Shown: piece after piece, positions 60,699-64,000 of the stretch | How the letters are laid out: the number at the start of each line of letters is the position of its first letter | How positions within the stretch are numbered: position 1 is the first letter of the stretch | Origin: Candidatus Flemingiibacterium sp. | Lineage (GTDB): Bacteria > Bacillota > Clostridia > Oscillospirales > CAG-272 | Length of the DNA stretch: 64,000 bases | Assembly: GCA_045578725.1 (NCBI GenBank) | Contig: JAZNKS010000096.1 | Location: 9,423 to 73,422 of the forward strand | Direction of reading: 5' to 3' | The notes under the pieces: model-generated | Databases searched by the model: none | What the model saw: only the letters and a program-made list of their open reading frames with translations | What the model was told of the DNA's origin: nothing | Program-made: the position numbers and the translations under genes

Positions 60699-61630
60699 TT
60701 TGTATTTTCCTCAAGTCTGTGTAAAATGGTTTGGAAGTAATCCGGCAGCTCGCCCTCCAGCCGTAGGAAGCGGCCATCGGCGGGATGACGGAAGCCGATG
60801 AGCTTTGCGTACAGGCATTGACCCGAAATCTGATCGCAGCACCGCTTTTCAAAGGCGGTGTGATTGGCTCCGTACACCTCATCGCCCAGCACCGGATGGC
60901 CGAGGGAGGCCATATGCACGCGGATCTGATGGGTGCGGCCGGTTTCCAGAATCAGCTTCACATAGGTAAAGCTGCTGCCCATCGCCGTGTAGCGGCCGAG
61001 CACCTCATAATGGGTGCGGGCGGGACGTCCGCCGGCCACAACGGCCATTTTCTTGCGATCCTTGGGATGACGGCCGATCGGTGCATCGACCGTTCCGCGA
61101 TCCTCGCGCAGGGCGCCGACAACAATCGCGCGGTATTCCCGCTCAAAATCGTGGATCTGAATCTGCTCGGCCAGCGCAAGATGCGCCGTATCCGTCTTGG
61201 CGACGATCAGCAGACCGGCGGTATCCTTGTCGATCCGGTGAACGATGCCGGGGCGGATCACGCCGTTGATGCCCGACAGCGAATCGCGGCAATGCCAGAG
61301 AAGCGCATTGACCAGCGTGCCGTCCGGATTGCCGGGCGCGGGATGCACCACCATGCCGCGCGGCTTATTGACCACCAGCAGATCGGCATCCTCATAAACA
61401 ATATCCAGCGGGATATCCTGCGGGACGGCATCGTCGGCCACCGGCTCGGGCAATTCAGCCTCGATTTCATCGCCGGCACGCAGACGTGTATTTTTGGCGG
61501 CAGGCTTGCCGTTCACCGTGACATCGCCGTCGGTGATCAGCTTCTGTGATGCCGAGCGGGTGATTCCCTCATTCTCGGACAGCCAGACATCCAGCCGCTT
61601 GCCGGCATCGGCTGTTGGTACGATTGTCAT
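60695..61630 (-). CDS. rluD: RluA-family 23S rRNA pseudouridine synthase (RluD-like, with an S4 domain)
   Basis: KRLDVWL marks the S4-like N-terminus. The catalytic HRIDKDTAGLLIVAKT is present. The gene lies downstream of lspA, as in Bacillus. It has ATGA overlaps with both neighbours. Confidence 0.85.
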   Translation of the reverse strand: MTIVPTADAGKRLDVWLSENEGITRSASQKLITDGDVTVNGKPAAKNTRLRAGDEIEAELPEPVADDAVPQDIPLDIVYEDADLLVVNKPRGMVVHPAPGNPDGTLVNALLWHCRDSLSGINGVIRPGIVHRIDKDTAGLLIVAKTDTAHLALAEQIQIHDFEREYRAIVVGALREDRGTVDAPIGRHPKDRKKMAVVAGGRPARTHYEVLGRYTAMGSSFTYVKLILETGRTHQIRVHMASLGHPVLGDEVYGANHTAFEKRCCDQISGQCLYAKLIGFRHPADGRFLRLEGELPDYFQTILHRLEENTK

Positions 61631-62163
61631 TTCTTCAGCTTTTCCTTTACAAATGATTCAAACTTCTCCGGGTCGCCTACTGTGAAGCCTTCCCGATCAA
61701 TAAGAAGATAGAGCCGGGCATCCAGCTCCAGCAGCCAGAGATGCTTGGTTTTGCGGAGCCTTCGCACCTGATCCCAGCGAAGGGTCAGCGCCTTGTCAAC
61801 CATCGGATTCACGCTCGTCAACGAATCCTCGAAGAATTCCGTGCGGCCGGTAACAAGCATTCCGACCGGCCCGTCCGAGGAATCGGCACCGCTCATCACG
61901 GCATAACGCCGGATGGTCTGTTTCACCGCCAGAATCGGCTGGATGAAAGCCGTGAAAATCAGCAGAAATGCCATCAGAAGCATCACGGTGCCGAGCGCCC
62001 ATTCGCCGGCTCCCAGCAGCAGGATACCGGTCAGAATCGCAAACAGGCTGACAACGGTATTCAGCAGCATCCGGATCCGTCCGCGGGCGGCAAACTGCAT
62101 CTCGGTCAGATTTCGCTGGGAATGCGCGCAGATATTGACAAATACAGGCATTTTTTCGTCCAT
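61627..62163 (-). CDS. YcxB-like membrane protein
   Basis: Two central TM segments are followed by a beta-rich C-terminal part (HLWLLELDARLYLLIDREGF). The family call is tentative. Confidence 0.45.
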   Translation of the reverse strand: MDEKMPVFVNICAHSQRNLTEMQFAARGRIRMLLNTVVSLFAILTGILLLGAGEWALGTVMLLMAFLLIFTAFIQPILAVKQTIRRYAVMSGADSSDGPVGMLVTGRTEFFEDSLTSVNPMVDKALTLRWDQVRRLRKTKHLWLLELDARLYLLIDREGFTVGDPEKFESFVKEKLKK

Positions 62164-62181
62164 ACGATCCTCCTAAAAGGA

Positions 62182-62203
62182 CTCCCCCGCATAAGCGGGG
62201 GAG
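62182..62203 (-). terminator. Hairpin between lspA and the next gene
   Basis: CTCCCCCGC-ataa-GCGGGGGAG, followed on the minus strand by TCCTTTT. Confidence 0.5.
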
Positions 62204-62210
62204 AGTTTGT

Positions 62211-62702
62211 TTATTCGGTAAGCCCGGTCGGCTTTTCCCTGCCCTTCCCCTCGAGGAACAGGACATACAGGATCACCAGCCCCGCTCCGACGCAAACAAA
62301 GCTGTCCGCTCCGTTGAAGATGGCGAAGTTGATGAGCCGGAAATCGATGAAATCCACCACATAGCCAAGCGCGATCCGGTCAATCATATTGCCGATTCCG
62401 CCGCCGACGATGAAGGTCAGTCCGGTGTACAGCAGGGGGTGATAATACTTTCGGAAGCCGACAATCAGAAAAACGGTAATTCCGATGATCGCCGCGGTGG
62501 AGGTGACCATAAACACCCAGCGGTGATCCTTCAGCATCCCGAATGCCGCGCCGCGGTTTTCAAGATACGTCAGGTGCAGAACGCCTTCCCAGAGCGGTTT
62601 GGTATCGATCGGCTTCAGATGCGTCACAGCCAGAAACTTGGTCAGCTGATCGATTCCGATCACAGCTGCCGTCAGAAGCGTCCAGAATACAGCGGCGGCC
62701 AT
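62211..62702 (-). CDS. lspA: Lipoprotein signal peptidase II
   Basis: DQLTK, NRGAAFG, GGGIGNMIDR and FNGADSFV are present. The start MAAAVFW at 62702 shares 1 nt with the ileS stop (TAATG). Confidence 0.9.
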   Translation of the reverse strand: MAAAVFWTLLTAAVIGIDQLTKFLAVTHLKPIDTKPLWEGVLHLTYLENRGAAFGMLKDHRWVFMVTSTAAIIGITVFLIVGFRKYYHPLLYTGLTFIVGGGIGNMIDRIALGYVVDFIDFRLINFAIFNGADSFVCVGAGLVILYVLFLEGKGREKPTGLTE

Positions 62703-64000
62703 TATTTCGCGATCGCGGCCTTGCAGCGTGCGCAGAGGCAATCGTCGCCCTCGCGGTGATTGTCTGCCGACCACTTCCAGCAGCGGTCGCAGCGCTCACC
62801 GTCGGCAGGCTCAACCTTGATGCCTAGCGCGCCGTCCTCGGTGACATATACGCCCTCGGGGATCGCATCACCGGATACGGATACGCCGGATACGATGAAG
62901 ACATCCTCCAGCTGGGATGCGAACTCGTTGAAGGTTGCAAGCGTTTCACCGTCGGGTGCCCAGATGGTCAGCTTCGCATCGAGCGACTTGCCGATCTTCT
63001 TGTCCGCACGGGCCAGCTCCAGCGCCTTCATGACCTCGTCACGCAGATCAAAGAGCTTCTCCCACTTTTCGTCGAGGCCGTCGAAGTCGAAGGCTTCGTC
63101 GTACCTTGGCAGATCGTTGAGGAACACGCTTCTCGTATCATCGGAAACAATGTGCTTCATCGAAGCCCAGATTTCCTCGGCGGTGTAGGAGATGATCGGT
63201 GCGGCCAGACGGGTCAGCGCGGACAGGATGATGTACATCGCGGTCTGTGCGGCGCGGCGGGTCTTGGCATCCACAGCCTCGGTGTAGAGGCGGTCCTTGG
63301 TGATGTCGATGTAAAGCTTCGACATATCGATGGTGCAGAAGTTGGTGATGGCATGAACCACGATATGGAAATCATAATTCTCGTATGCCGCGGTGGCTTC
63401 CTTCACCAGCTTGTTCAGCCGTGCCAGCGCCCACTTGTCGATCTCGGCAAGCTCGGCGATGGGAAGCATATCGGTATCGGGATTGAAGTCCTCACCCGCC
63501 TTGCCGAGGTTGGCCAGAAGGATGCGGGCGGTGTTGCGGAATTTGCGGTAGGTTTCGGAGAGCTGCTTGAAGATGTTGTCGGAGCAGCGGACATCGGCCT
63601 GATAATCAGCGGAAGCGGCCCACAGACGGAGCAGATCGCCGCCGTACTTCTTAATGATATCCTCGGGATAAACCGAGTTTCCGAGGGACTTGTGCATAGC
63701 CTTGCCCTCGCCGTCAACAACCCAGCCGTGGGTCAGGATCTGCTTGTAGGGAGCACCGGCATCCTTGGCACCGACAGCGGTCAGAAGCGAAGACTGGAAC
63801 CAGCCGCGGTACTGGTCGGCACCCTCAAGATAGAGGTCAGCCGGCCATTCCATGCCGCTCCACTTGGACAGCTCGCCGTCCTCCAGAACCGCGAAATGGG
63901 TGGATCCGGAGTCGAACCAGCAGTCAAGCGTATCGGTTTCCTTGGTCATCTCCTTATCGGAGCCGCAGTGCGGGCACTTGAAGCCCTCGCCGAGCAGCTC
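62702..64000 (-). CDS. ileS: Isoleucine--tRNA ligase, C-terminal part; the N-terminus is beyond the right window edge
   Basis: WFDSGSTH and the KMSKS-equivalent KAMHKSLGN are present. So is the C-terminal zinc finger CDRCWKW...CLCARC. The frame stays open to position 64000. Confidence 0.9.
   Translation of the reverse strand, partial: ELLGEGFKCPHCGSDKEMTKETDTLDCWFDSGSTHFAVLEDGELSKWSGMEWPADLYLEGADQYRGWFQSSLLTAVGAKDAGAPYKQILTHGWVVDGEGKAMHKSLGNSVYPEDIIKKYGGDLLRLWAASADYQADVRCSDNIFKQLSETYRKFRNTARILLANLGKAGEDFNPDTDMLPIAELAEIDKWALARLNKLVKEATAAYENYDFHIVVHAITNFCTIDMSKLYIDITKDRLYTEAVDAKTRRAAQTAMYIILSALTRLAAPIISYTAEEIWASMKHIVSDDTRSVFLNDLPRYDEAFDFDGLDEKWEKLFDLRDEVMKALELARADKKIGKSLDAKLTIWAPDGETLATFNEFASQLEDVFIVSGVSVSGDAIPEGVYVTEDGALGIKVEPADGERCDRCWKWSADNHREGDDCLCARCKAAIAK

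Noticed and set aside
1-64000. Screen for prophage, IS elements, integrases, toxin-antitoxin pairs, restriction-modification or known defence-system genes.
   Set aside because: No ORF shows transposase, integrase, recombinase, capsid, terminase, methylase or nuclease hallmarks. The only compositional anomaly is the 0.55-kb low-GC lipoprotein islet, which has no mobility signature.

Overview
This 64-kb chromosomal window comes from a high-GC (about 60% by eye) anaerobic, probably spore-forming Firmicute that looks Clostridia-like. Supporting signs are GGAGG ribosome-binding sites, TTGACA-17-TATAAT promoters, a T-box leader, gatCAB, CotH, a DUF3794/LysM protein and a reverse rubrerythrin. I call 59 protein-coding genes (2 cut by the window edges), one tRNA-Leu(GAG), one T-box leader, 10 sigma-A-type promoters and 17 terminator-like hairpins. 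I saw no rRNA, CRISPR array, transposase, integrase or phage genes. Housekeeping content: aspS-gatCAB, pyrB, aroK, fucU, mutY, radA, trpS, mnmM, rluD, lspA and ileS. Accessory content is mostly carbohydrate-related: a GHL6-like hydrolase with an MFS transporter and an AraC regulator; two GH36 alpha-galactosidase-like genes; a block of two Gfo/Idh/MocA oxidoreductases and three xylose-isomerase-like TIM-barrel proteins; and four paralogous solute-binding-protein-like lipoproteins with no permease genes in the window. The observations most worth follow-up are listed here. (1) The gatA of the T-box(Asn)-controlled aspS-gatCAB operon aligns without gaps to the amidase-signature region but has both catalytic serines replaced. 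(2) An ABC / DUF1854 / ABC operon has both half-transporters carrying large N-terminal cytoplasmic extensions that end in a CPKCGR...C.YC zinc ribbon. (3) The oxidoreductase/TIM-barrel cassette may be a keto-glycoside-type pathway. (4) An uncharacterised DUF1538 membrane protein sits next to a double P-II-like protein. (5) PyrB is fused to only the zinc domain of PyrI. (6) A low-GC islet of about 0.55 kb carries one lipoprotein gene. Family assignments come from motif recognition by eye and from memory of the families. No database search was run.
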